Source: Iphione sp. A-MEVVRFRX5
Taxonomy: Eukaryota
NCBI GenBank assembly: GCA_976226885.1
Contig: OZ320313.1
Location: 79,546,001-79,610,000, forward strand
Reading direction: 5' to 3'
Length of the DNA stretch: 64,000 bases
Made by a program: the position numbers and the translations under genes. The notes under the pieces are model-generated. The model did no database searches. It was not told the origin of the DNA and worked only from the letters and a program-made list of their open reading frames with translations. Below, one piece after another: positions 13,334 through 25,600 of the stretch (position 1 is its first letter; every line of letters begins with the position of its first letter).

Positions 13334-13364
13334 CGTACTGAGATTTGGATTAAAACTGTTCTGG
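13334..13364 (-). CDS. MORC3: MORC3/4-like putative 31-bp micro-exon (QNSFNPNLST)
   Basis: Strong acceptor TTTAATTTTTCCTTTTCAG|, donor |GTACGT; supplies the required phase 2 to 0 change. No homology support. Confidence 0.5.
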
Positions 13365-13659
13365 CTGAAAAGGAAAAATTAAACAATTGACTCTTCTCCA
13401 ATATTGCAGAAATTCACTGTGAACACAGAGAACAGAATAAACATTACTTCTGTTTCACCGATGGACGAGGGACATCATAAGCGAAATGATGATGTCTTCT
13501 CGTAAGTAATCAAGAATTAACAAGTTCGGCAGATTTGTCCATTCTTTTGCACGTAACTATAATATGTGAATGCTAACACTCCCCTAATGCAATAAAAACT
13601 GTTAAGTGAATTTTCGTTCCAACAGTCTGAAGCAATGATTATTTTGTCACGATACTTAC

Positions 13660-13767
13660 TGTACGGGTGGCAAGGGCACATTGTTTCCTTTTCCTCTGTT
13701 GCTCTTAGAAACGACCAGTCGGAAAACGTCGTCTTCATTTTCTGGCTCCTCATCGATGTCACAGCGG
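13660..13767 (-). CDS. MORC3: MORC3/4-like exon completing the CW finger (NRCDIDEEPENEDD...)
   Basis: Acceptor CTCATTGTAG|, donor |GTAAGT, 108 bp, phase 2 to 2; supplies the fourth CW cysteine. Confidence 0.85.
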
Positions 13768-13869
13768 CTACAATGAGGACCAAGCACACAAATGCTTTCA
13801 AATTCTCAGAGGAAAGACAGATACCTATAATTGGCCACCTAAAAAAATTGTTCAACTGCTTATAGTGTG

Positions 13870-13954
13870 CAGCGTAGGCGGCTATGTGGAGGTCATATCT
13901 ATGCTAATATACAGCGTAGGCGGCTATGTGGAGGTCATATCTATGCTAATATAC
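13870..13954. repeat. Exact tandem duplication, 2 x 42 bp
   Basis: cagcgtaggcggctatgtggaggtcatatctatgctaatata is repeated head-to-tail. Confidence 0.9.
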
Positions 13955-14866
13955 CGGGGGGGGGGTGACACAAATCTTCAAGCTAGTTTCCCTTACTTTC
14001 CCTCCTAGGGAGCAGGGGGCTAGTCATGCAGCGCTAGCAGTCTCCCCTCACAATGCCCCTCCCTCCTAGCCTCCCATCCTCCAGCAGGGAGCTATTCGCA
14101 CTACACCAGTGCTCCACTCATGATTTCCCTCCTGCCTAGCCCCTCACTGTCCAGTTCCAAGGTGAACGGGTACCCCCGGCACTCTCTGTAGCCCACTTCC
14201 CCTGGAACCCAGGCAGTTCTCAGCAAATGTTGAGTACAAGCTTCTGGTACTTGCTCACACTTCAAAGAAGTCTACCACACAAATTTGTGACCCTCCAAAT
14301 CCCTGGGAAAAGGGAAGTTAGATAATCTGCCATACAATATTTCATACTATATGCAGATTTCACCTCTACTGACAACATACAAGAATGTTAAAGTAACTGT
14401 TACATAGCAGTCTTGACACTGCGTGTACTAGATCTATTAGGAAGCTCTCAGGATGAAAAGAAAATAATTGCCTGGTCACCATCATGCGTTACCTAGATTT
14501 GTTTTTGTATCGCTTCTACAATGTTTCTACTGTAATGTGAATCTCCGAACTGACTTTATTCCTTACTTAAATCCTGTATGTAGGATCACAGCTATGATCA
14601 ATTCTGTGGTGTGAATACAACAAACTTGTAGAACACAGTGTACTAATCAGCAGTTAGATAACAAGATTCACCAATCAGGTTCACACAGACTGTTTAAAAA
14701 AATATGCAAATGGGACTCGTGTACAGACACAAGTCTCATGCTTCACAATTAATGAACCTCAATCATTGCATTGAGTGACCCTTTACAAAGAGTATTAGAT
14801 AACCCTAAGCCAACAGGAGGTAATTACCTACAATACGTTTACTGTTGGGTTATATAACATACTCAC

Positions 14867-14995
14867 TTGTGTGATCGGTCTGGGTTCATGAAACAGTACC
14901 ACTTCTCTGGGATGGTATTGTCTGATGCCGCATCTGGAAGGCGCCTCCATTTTAAGCACTGCTCGCATTGGACCCAAGTCCAGTCAGGTTTTTGC
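14867..14995 (-). CDS. MORC3: MORC3/4-like CW-type zinc finger exon
   Basis: [21 protein letters not shown]...[11 protein letters not shown] matches MORC3 (PDQTWVQCDACLKWRKLPD..PEKWYC..NPD). Acceptor CTTCTGTATCCAG|, donor |GTGAGT, 129 bp. Confidence 0.95.
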
Positions 14996-15224
14996 CTGGA
15001 TACAGAAGTTGTATAGTCTCCTAAGAATCTCATAACATGATACTTTATGCTAAGAAACCCTTCAGGAAGCTTCCCAGTACAAGCCTTATGAATCATGTTT
15101 AAAACAGCCTTGACACAGCGGACACTCATGGACAATGGACACCTGCCTTCGGACATTTGTTATTCAGTCCCTCTCTCTCATTTTGCAAGGTCTACAGTGG
15201 ACACCTGGCCTGCAGAAACTGCTC

Positions 15225-15430
15225 CAATCACTTCTTTGAAAGGTACCCTCGTCTTGACACCCTGGAGGCTTCATCCCTCACACTCCTTTGATGTGTACCC
15301 ACACCCGGGAGAAGTGCGACCTTGTCCCTTCACCGTGAAGATGTTCCTCACACTCCTTTGATAGGTACCCACACCCAGGAGAGATGTGAGCTTGTCCCAA
15401 CACCTTGGATAAGGCATCCCTCACACCTTT
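15225..15430. repeat. Degenerate minisatellite, about 70-bp period, 2 full plus partial copies
   Basis: cctcacactcctttgat..gtacccacaccc.ggag....g.g..cttgtccc recurs at about 15276 and 15346, with partial copies at about 15228 and 15418. Confidence 0.75.
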
Positions 15431-15811
15431 TGGGGCCCTGACGGATACCGATCTGAAATTAATGCTTATTGGAATGTGCAGAGCTCGGAAAGGGCAGACA
15501 CCCCTGACAACAGACGCTTTGGCTACAGTCCCAACGCGGTCTGTTCTAGAGGGGTTTTACTAATGTGTATATAATCAATTTAGTCCACTGTATCGCACTG
15601 TATTGCTTGTAGGTTGGAATTATTCCAGATGTGGATTATTCTGTTGTATGTGCTCTTCTTTACATGTATGCTAATTGAGTCTTGTGGTGTGCTCAAGGTG
15701 TGTTATAATTCATACAATACACTTTAAACTTTTCTTCTGATCCCAGATGCTATATGCAATATTTAAATGAGAATGTCTAATAAGTGACACGAACTATAAT
15801 ACAATACGTAC

Positions 15812-15895
15812 AAATATTCCGATGCACTTTCGGCGTTTCCTGTTACGGCATGCCAGTACTGATTTAGCTTAAGTCCCAGCGCAGAGATGCATGCA
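15812..15895 (-). CDS. MORC3: MORC3/4-like exon (ACISALGLKLNQYW...)
   Basis: Matches MORC3 ITALGEKLNDYW. Acceptor GTCATTTTGCAG|, donor |GTACGT, 84 bp, phase 2 to 2. Confidence 0.9.
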
Positions 15896-16221
15896 CTGCA
15901 AAATGACAAAAACGGTGACAATGACAATGGCAGAGACATCAGGGGCAATAGAAGAACACAATTAAGAGGCACCATATTAAGAACAATTTATTTGAAAGTT
16001 ACACTTCACAGATGCCAATTAACTCATACATCGTGTGTTTTAGGACACGTCATTCTGTGTACTGCAAATACAGTGATTGCTTTCCATTCTATGAGCACTG
16101 TACTGTGTGATGCACGGTATGCCCTCTTACATGCCTAGTCTGCATTCTAGGAATGTTACTATTCTGCTACATTGCTTGTCCTCTTGTACATGCATACAGA
16201 CATACTCTGTGTGTGGGTGCG

Positions 16222-16420
16222 NNNNNNNNNNNNNNNNNNNNNNNNNNNNNNNNNNNNNNNNNNNNNNNNNNNNNNNNNNNNNNNNNNNNNNNNNNNNNNN
16301 NNNNNNNNNNNNNNNNNNNNNNNNNNNNNNNNNNNNNNNNNNNNNNNNNNNNNNNNNNNNNNNNNNNNNNNNNNNNNNNNNNNNNNNNNNNNNNNNNNNN
16401 NNNNNNNNNNNNNNNNNNNN
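16222..16420. other. Assembly gap (199 N) next to a (GT)n tract, within a MORC intron
   Basis: Run of N. Confidence 1.
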
Positions 16421-18074
16421 GTTTATACACTGACTTACACCATGTCGGCCTGTGTAGACCCAGTGCACAAACAGGTAGCCGTTTTTGGTGTGAGAATGAC
16501 ATCACAGTGGCAGTCTACACTGGTATCCTGACCTATATACCTGGTGTGGAGTTGAAAGGAAGTGGGCTGTTCCTCTTTAAGCTATTAATCTTGGAGTCTA
16601 ATATCCGAGTTCTTATGGTGAATGGGGTATAAACAAAGGGTTTTCAAAGCTAATTTCATGTTTGTAGAAATTTATTTTGCACAGCTATTGTGGAGGGGGA
16701 GAATGGGTTATAATAGGGGATTTCATGTTCTTTTATAAGGAATTTCAAAGACCTCTTAGAAATAGTGTTAAGAATGCAAATTTTATGTAAAGGAGGTTTA
16801 TCTACTGGATGACACTATTCTACAAATATAATTATAAGAATGAATATTACAATGGCACAAAGGGGGAATGATCAATTTCTTTCACTTTCATATCAGGCAC
16901 CCTGTCTGTTATATAGGTCAGGGTACCAGTGCAAATTACCGCTCTGACACTAATCCCACTGCACGAATTATATTTCAGGCATTTGTAAAAATTATTACTA
17001 TGATTATACCGGCCTTCGAGTGTTCATAAGAAGAAAAACTTCTTCATTGTCCCTTATTCTTCACCTTTGCTGTATTTTTGCTTATTTACTAAGAGTTTGA
17101 GGTTATATGTTAATTTGATCATGGACGTAAACAATATAGGCATGAAATTATCACATTATATCCATCTGATACCATTATAATCCACATACATATTTTCATA
17201 CTTTACCAAGTGTCTAGATATCCTGTTCCAAAAAGATGGCAATTGTTGGCCTCTCTCAGCACACCGTCTTGTGCTTGTTTGCACGCATGCATGTGGGCAC
17301 ACACACGCGTGCATGCCCACACACACACGTGTGCACACGCACACACACATGCACACGCACACACTCACTCAGACAGACACAGGAAAATCCTGTCATATCA
17401 TCTGATACCACCGACAGCTTGATAGGAGGAACTGGAGTGTATGTCAGACTGCCAAGAGGCCCAATGAGCCTCATTTAATGGGCGCAAGGAGACCCACTTC
17501 ATCAAGACTACATGTACATATACATACCATTAATGCACTCTAAATCTATACAACGGAACATCAGAATCTTCAGTTTGCTTTAAGTGGTCGCCTAAAGGTG
17601 GCCTCTAAATTAGAACTATTCCTTGAACCATTTCCAATTACTGTTTGTGTATACATATGTATGAACTGCTACTATGAACCCCCTCCGAAATCTTTATGAC
17701 ATTTGCATTTTTGTGTAGTAATTAAAAATACATCAAGAAGTGACTGCACCATCTTTGGTGTAAGCAGATACATGTTTTAGTATCCGGTGTATACAAGAAA
17801 ACAATACCATCCATCAGACCAAGTATTACAAGGTTACCATCACATACAAAGTATACCCCTGTACCATGACAAGAACCATTCCAAAGTAAACATCATATAC
17901 TTAAACTGAGTGGCAAGCCTGATATCGTCTTATAGCTCCTACTGTGGTGCCCCATCATACAGTTGTATAAAGCGGGCAGTTGATAAATCATGCACTGACT
18001 GATTGAAACAATGACAAATCCACGGGCAGCACGAGTGACGACTACCCATAGAGTATGTATCAATATAGACATAC

Positions 18075-18172
18075 TTGTAACGATCGGTCTTTGAGAAGTC
18101 TTGCTTGTTGTGGATTGCCTCAAGAAAGTCGACTTCAACCACCCCTACCACACCAACACCCATCTCGTTGGC
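18075..18172 (-). CDS. MORC3: MORC3/4-like S5-fold exon ([26 protein letters not shown])
   Basis: Matches MORC3 [26 protein letters not shown]. Acceptor ATCTTTGCAG|, donor |GTATGT, 98 bp. Confidence 0.95.
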
Positions 18173-18479
18173 CTGCAAAGATTAGGTATGTTTAATGATG
18201 CTCGTATTTGTTCAACTAGGTAAATAAATACCTAAAAATTAGTACTTAATGGCTTGATATTTTGCATTTAAACCTTTATTATGAACTACAACGATGTCTG
18301 TAAAAAAACAAGCTGATTTTAATAATGAGTGGATTAACTACACTTACATTAATTAGCATTTGTGTTGGTATTGGCGGCAACTACAGTTAACAGTTACAAA
18401 CTCCCATTAAAAATGTTAGCAGTGCGTTTGAAAAGGCTTTAAAACAATGTTGTAGATAAAGATCATTTGCTTGACGTAC

Positions 18480-18608
18480 CTGCTTCTGGATGCCCACGTG
18501 CTCATAGGCCTTTATAAGTCGGTTCCGATGGTACATCATGATACCGTAATCGTGTTTTGAGGGACCAAAACCAAAGTAGATTTCGACACCCTTTTTACCG
18601 GATGACAT
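18480..18608 (-). CDS. MORC3: MORC3/4-like S5-fold exon (YFGF...[19 protein letters not shown])
   Basis: Near-identical to MORC3 [19 protein letters not shown]. Acceptor CATTTCTAG|, donor |GTACGT, 129 bp, phase 0. Confidence 0.96.
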
Positions 18609-18858
18609 CTAGAAATGATACACAAATATTTGGAACTTTAAACACTGAAAGAGACACAAGATGACTATAAACACATCTGTATATTTGGTGATGTAATTCA
18701 ACGGACTGTGATCCGTTTTTTTTTCACCGGGTTCCACTATCACTCACATGTCTATTTTTAAAATGGTGAACATGGTTGATCGCAGTTCAGTCACCATATA
18801 ACATCTTAGGCTTGATTATCAATTCCAATGATTTTTTTTTTTAAAAAAAAGGTCTCAC

Positions 18859-18987
18859 CATCCAGGATGGAGTATAGGTAGTCTTGCGGGTCTTTCTCAA
18901 ACTTTTCCGAATAAGCTGAGTCTTCACACGACGGCCCCGCAACGTGATTTTCATCTTTGGCTTGAGAAACAGCATGCTTAAGTACTC
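18859..18987 (-). CDS. MORC3: MORC3/4-like exon (EYLSMLFLKPKMKITLRGRRVKTQLIRKSL)
   Basis: Matches MORC3 [30 protein letters not shown]. Acceptor CACTTTTGTAG|, donor |GTGAGA, 129 bp. Confidence 0.94.
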
Positions 18988-19501
18988 CTACAAAAGTGAC
19001 GGTTCAACGGTTCAATTTAAATCGTGAAATCGGTCAGGCAATGAGAAAGGTACTTATGCTCTTTCACTTGATGTAAAAAGAGGGAAAAAATAAATACCAG
19101 GAGCGCAGACACCAGACGGTGTTCAACTCCTGTGACTATAGAGCACCGGGAGGAAGCAACGGGAAAAAAGGGTGTGAGGAAAGTGGATTTCCTGAGAAAT
19201 GTACACTTACTACTAACCAGCGTCGATCCCAACAACTAAGTCTGTGTATCTCTCCATTTCCACGACCCCCCCCCCCAAAAAAAAAAATAAATAAATAAAA
19301 AAAAAAAAAAAAAACCTTAAAACCGAACCGACAGGACAGCGCACCGGTCGGGAAATATATACTTTATAGGAGGAAGTAGTTTTCCATGTACAACAAATTA
19401 ACAATGTTTAGCGTCAGTGTGAAAGAAACCAGTATCAAGTAGAAGAGGTGCTACCAACGTATTCTAAGAGAGTCGGAGAATCCATGTAGTCTAGTGCTCA
19501 C

Positions 19502-19646
19502 CCTTAACGAGCGCCTGTACTCGGGCTGATGGTCCTTCATAGCACGTGACATGAGTCCACCCACGAAGTCCAGCTCGTGGTGCTCTGGGTTGACGATGTC
19601 CAGCTTGTCCGACTCGAAGTCCAGCTCCAGATGATTATCGCTGCCT
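19502..19646 (-). CDS. MORC3: MORC3/4-like exon (LELDFESDKLDI...PEYRRSLR)
   Basis: Matches MORC3 EFDFEKDKYDI...PESDYSLR. Acceptor TTTGTTTCAG|, donor |GTGAGC, 145 bp, phase 2 to 0. Confidence 0.92.
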
Positions 19647-22600
19647 CTGAAACAAATTAAAACACCGAAACATTTAGCACTGGATCAATCTCGGGCGAAA
19701 TGCAGAACATTACAAAGGTTCTACACACTACTGACTTTCTTCTCAATTTAAATGATCTTAAACAACTGTTTGCCTAGGTAAAACAGAGAAGGGGACTTAT
19801 GAGGTCTATTGTGATCTACCGGCCAATCAAGTGGAACTTACTATGTGTAGTTCCTCTTGGGTGAACAGACGGTGAAATAGCTTCATGTTTTGGAATCTAC
19901 CAACTAACTGACTCTGTGTCTGTCTGTGCATTCAACCACATATCGAAACACATTAATTTGATCTTTAAATCACTTGAAATTACATGTATACAAAAAAAAC
20001 AGAGGCAAGAGTCTGTATGGAGAAACACCAATACAAAAGGAGAAGGATACCTGTTTGTGTATCAGCAGAGCTGACTGGTACACTATGTAGTAAGAAAAAT
20101 ACATATTTCTGTACTCTAAGAACATGGTTGGTGAACTGTTTGAAGATGTGTCCTAAAACTAAAACGATTTATATAAGATGTAACCAAGTAGATATTTTTG
20201 CTGGAGACTGCTAAAAAAAATCCACCTTCATGAAGAATATAACTGCATAAACATAAAGAATTATTATCCACAACAGTTGAGAAATTATGTAAACGGCAGG
20301 GATGGGTGCAAAGCGGGACAAGGAGAGGTTGAGAAAAAAAGAAAACTGACTGAGAGGCAAAAAGAGTAGGACGTGCCTGAATCAGGGACAACATTGTCAA
20401 TGATTTTTTTTTCACGGTTGCATCACAGTAGTAGGACGTTAGCCACGTATACAGAACATTGTCAATGATATACATGTACATTGTCCTCTCGCTAAGACGA
20501 CCACCATCAGTTCTGACTTCAAATGTTCTCAACAGAGAGTGGCCTTACTAGAGAGGGATGAACATGTAATTCTGTTCCTTAGAAATGGTTTTATTGAGGG
20601 GCTGGTGTGGTTAGTGAGGTGCTCGCAGTCCGAGGGGACACTGAACAAGTAAAGGGGAATTACAGTACGTTTGTGTGCTACATATCGTCCATGCATATGA
20701 AAAAACCTAGCGCTGTTAAGCTCAGTGGTAATTTCATGTATGGTTACACTTCAGCTTTCTTTGGGACTAACCACTGCAAGACGATGGGTCCCCAGCCGCT
20801 GGGATGTCAGTACGCGTGTTGTCAGTTCTGGCAGCTGTCTGTCTCTCCACCTCCCCCCCTCCCCACCTCCCCACCCTTCTGGATCGAGATGATATCCAGG
20901 GTATGGATGTAAGAGGCAGTCCACATGCCTGCTCCGTGCCAACTCTGTTGTTTGAGGATGCGGCTCACTGCCTGCTATCGGGGCTGTGTTCGGCCGGCCC
21001 GGCCGGCGGCTGGCGTCATGTTCACAGACCAATTTTCTTAGCGTTGAAGCGCTAGCATCTCTAGAGACACTCACCCACACAGGCGTCCGCTATCTGCGCG
21101 ACGCCTGCCTGCCCACGGCAGAGCGGTGACGTGAGGTGTTTAACGTCTTGGACCTTTCAGGTTCACAGTTTTGGCAAATGTGAGGAGGTACACAACGCAA
21201 AAGGCGGTCATTATTACCTCATTCCATACGTCGCATTGGGTTACTCATCATCCCATGGGTCCGAGCAAAATGTCCTACTGCCCTAATTTATAAGGCAGAT
21301 CATTTACTTAGACCCTTATTCCATACATCCGTTGACAGTATGCAGATTGATTATATTAGTCAGGACCCTTGGGTGTGATGTCTTAAAATACCAATGTTCA
21401 TAAATTTTCCCCTGTACATGGGCTGACACACCAGTAGCATATGAAACGTGGATCAATTTACACAATCAGGAGCAGGTACGAAATTTCAAGGACACGCAGA
21501 CACACATAGAGACACATATTATCATCCTCGGAAAAGGCCCGTCCATGAGTGTCGAAGAAAATCTGCGATGTCAAAAATGACTCATGCATGGACCGCGAAG
21601 ACAGGCACCAAAATAACGAAACACCAGCGGTAATTTGCCGATACAAATCTCGTTTCAACTTCATAGTAAAGCAGTATGCTGTCGATGTGCCTTCCACGAA
21701 TGCTTTCTTCCACACGTGGGAACGTCTCGAAATACAGGCTTTGTAAGTTTGTTTTACAATCACACACAGTCACGCACTTAACGTCTCATGATATGGCTGA
21801 ACTAAGACGTTTTTCCATTATCACTCCATAAAGTTTGACCAGTTACAAAAATCTTGGCAACATATTTGTAGAGCAAAGATTATTAATATAACAGCCCCCT
21901 CCAAAAAAAGGAAAACACTGGAAGAGAAAATGTGCGTTTTATGGTAATGTGGTGCGTGACACAGCAGAGTGGACTTGGTGATTCAGTATTGAACCCTAGA
22001 TTATACCGGTATCAGAGTAGCCCCGAGGGGCGGCGCACAAGCCTTGCTGCCCTTGGCAAGACGCCTAATCTTACTGCTTCTGACATAACATCATCAACAA
22101 CAACAAGGGAAACCCCTCCTCTAGCCCTTCGGGAACGTACTGCCGTGTGCGTAAAACAAATCATTGTCTACTTCCATTTGCAGAAGAACGTAATATGTCA
22201 AGATAAGTTTACTCGTTCTATTGAATATGATTGTTCTGTGGGTTCTCCTTTTGTGGACGATTCCATATTTTAGCGTTGCTTGCGGAAACACTCGCGTGCT
22301 TCATGCTGAAACACAACCGCGGAAAGTTTCGATTCGCCTTAGATCGATGAGCCGAGCACTGCGTCGAATATGCCGCTCAGCTGGTGAGACACCCAGGTCA
22401 TACTAGGTGGTTTTACGGTAAAATCTCGAAGGCTACCTACAGATGCAAATCAAACGCGATAACTGAATGTTACGCTGATCTGACCCGGAAAGGCTTTCGA
22501 CTTGATGGAGCAACTGGGGCTACTCATAACTGCAGCTAGGAAGCAGCGCCGCGCATGAACATCTGTAGTTCAGCACTGCTTGCTGATATATTTTCTGTAC

Positions 22601-25600
22601 GATCAGTGTCATGTTCGCACAAATTCAGTGTTGAATATTGGAGAATATCATCTATAAAAGAACAGCCAGGAACCGCATTTGTCCCTTAAAACCAAGCAGC
22701 ACCACAGTGAACAATGTCCAACTAAAGAGATGCAATAAAGATCCAAACACGAATGGAAATTACGAATGAAAAAGCATGCCTGCACTTTTTCCTTCATTTT
22801 TTTTTTATTATTAACAGATCCTGCTGTCATACATTTCATAAGCCGTAATACCAAGGGGGGAACGCAATTACTAGACGACTTTCAAACCAAAAAATAAAGA
22901 GAGAAAAAGTGCAGTTATCTGGTATTTCTGCTATAACATTACTTATTTATTCCGCTTTCCCATACGTCAATATGAGCAGGCACAGCCCCGTCATAACCGG
23001 GAGATTTGATAACACGCAAATACGGTGCCGTTAGTTTCTTTGGCATGACCCCTATCACGAGCAGCTACTTTCCATATACATACTCATTTACACATCGCCT
23101 GTAACCATCACCCTTTGCATAAAACACATAAATATCCGTATCGTGTGATAAGCCGCTTCAATTGAATGCTAATACAGCATCCTTCAGGCAAGGCTCTTTT
23201 TGTTCCATGAACTGCAGATTTAATGGGACACAAGGCCTAACGATTAATAGTGAGCTGGCAATGGAATTGCTTCATAAAGCTTGTGCTGTTTTTCCTCGTA
23301 ATCCGCATTATTGCCGCACTAAATCTACCCTCCATCTTACTGACTCGAGGGCGCCGACTGTAAATAACACCTACTGCACATAGTCAAGCCCAACACCTGC
23401 TACCAGAGGGTGGAATCTTCGAGGGCAGATGTCTTCACTAACGGTCGCCCTCTATGACAATCCCTACTAGTGCCACGCACAGTTGTACTAGGTTTCCGCG
23501 CGTATAGGCATCAGTCTTTGTCTAAACTCGGAAGTGAATCCCACTGCTTGTCGGACGGGATGCTATACGAGACGTAAAGACAGTCCCAGAGAGCGTGCTC
23601 CACTCCAGACATGACGGCCCGAGTCGAGTTACCGCCGAAGGCACTGCGAAGGGAGAGAGACTCAAAAACAAAGAGGGGAGAGGCGGTGGGGGGGGGGGTC
23701 TGGTCACTGGTGGAAGTCCTCCACAGTCGGCCTGGCCTCAGCTAATGTTCCACTGCCGTCTACACATTGAAGCTGCCGGTCGCTGCAGACATCGACAGGG
23801 ACGCAGCAAATGAGAAGCGTTATTATGCCCCGCAGGTGGTGGCGGCGGCCGCGGCTCCCACTCGGCTCTAATGTCTCCCGGCATGCAAACGCCTCCACTT
23901 CAGCTCGCAATTTGACGGGGCAGGTCGCCGGAGAGCCACGTGATACTTTAAGACCAATTTAGTTTCAGGGAGTACAACATTCCGGGGGCAAACTAAGAGA
24001 AACGGGAGCAGTCACCAGGGCAGCGGACAGCGACGACTTTGATTATTTCCCTTTCCCCCTACACCTTGCACGCCAATACTGTGCGGGCAGCCGTCCATGC
24101 TTTTCCTACAGGAAAGCACAGCTCCGATCTATCATATAACCCTTGAGCAGCATGACTCATTATCCTGCTCGGAAGTGCGACCGCTGCACTACTATTCTGC
24201 ATCACTCTGACGTGCACAATCCCTGCAGCTTTTTTTTTTTTAGCCTCCTGAGCGAGCGCCAGGCATGGCGCCCTGCGCGGTGTTAATGGTTACCAAAAAT
24301 CGGCAACGGCCGCCGGAAGCACTGAGAAAGATCACACGACGGTAAAACAGTGGTTCGTTTCTCAGGCCTGCATAGTGCAAAGGTGACTCTTCTTCACGGA
24401 CCCGACCATTTTCTTTGTAGACTATGAATAGATGTCGACGAGGCTGAAACCGCTTTGTAAATCTAATAATTCAGTCACTTCACAAACAACTCAAATATTC
24501 ATGGCGCAGAACACAGGAGAGTCAAACAACGGCCCTACACACCAGAAGCAATCAAAGAATGCCCTGCACAAACAATCCCCTGACCTGGTATCTCCTGGAG
24601 GTTTTCATTTTGCTAATTATACCAGACAATTATACCGGTGGTTATATATCGGCCGGACCCACACAACCGGCCATTTGCCAGATGAGAGGAATTGATTGTC
24701 GAACCCCTTGACCTGCTCAAGAATGAAGCAGGCTAGAGGGCCGGCTTGTACCGACTGACGCGAGCAGCTTACTGAGTTGATGAGGCAGACGACGACCCAC
24801 CTATATTGCCCTCGAACATGGCGGCACCCCAGTGAGCAGTTTGAGAGCAGGACGTGAGCAGGTCCGGCCTCGTCACAAGCAATCCGGGTCTGCTGCCAAG
24901 CTACACAGGCGAAAAATCAATCTCGGCTATCAACGTTCGTAATTACTGCAATTTTAATTCCACTAATGGGAAAAAGGGAGAAAACGTGATTAGAATAAAC
25001 AACGTGCTTTTTCATGTAAAGTTTCGCGTACTTAATGGTAATGTTCAAATGGGGCGAATTATGGATAATCGGGAAAAGAATAACTCTTACAGAGCATGAA
25101 TGGTCTCGCGTATGAAGGGTTAACGTGCGCGCATCTGCCTTCGCGAGCAAGGCATGCATGCTGCCAAGGGCTGCTTAACCCTTGAATACCATTAATATTT
25201 CACGGCAGTGGCGACAATCGTGCTTATTTTCCGTTATCAAGATTTTAGAGACGATAATTAAACACCCCGATAGTAGAAAGTATACGCGCTTCGTATTTCT
25301 TTCAGAGCATTCGCCATCCTCAAAGAATGCATTGGGGCATTCTAGTGGTAAAATTATGAATGAAGGAGGTAATCCGGCCAGCATGTACATGTACAATGTT
25401 TGCTGTGTGGGCTGGGTGCGCAGGAGCGAAGTTGCTGCGCAGATACGAGTAGTACATGGAAATGCATCCCTGTAGCGGGCGCTATTCGCCGTAAATTCTC
25501 AGAGCATCAACACTAATGACAGTACGCGTCGCAAATCTGTCCGTGGAATTTGCATTTCCTCTGCAAGCGCGCCCGCTATGCACCGAAAGTGCCGTTAACA

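Noticed and set aside
14996-15156. N-terminal part of ORF 14863-15156 as MORC coding sequence
   Set aside because: Homology begins exactly at the acceptor at 14995; the rest is intron read-through.
25095-25172. AGGG-TTAA and TTAA-CCCT piggyBac-like ends
   Set aside because: They face outward and I found no partner termini nearby.
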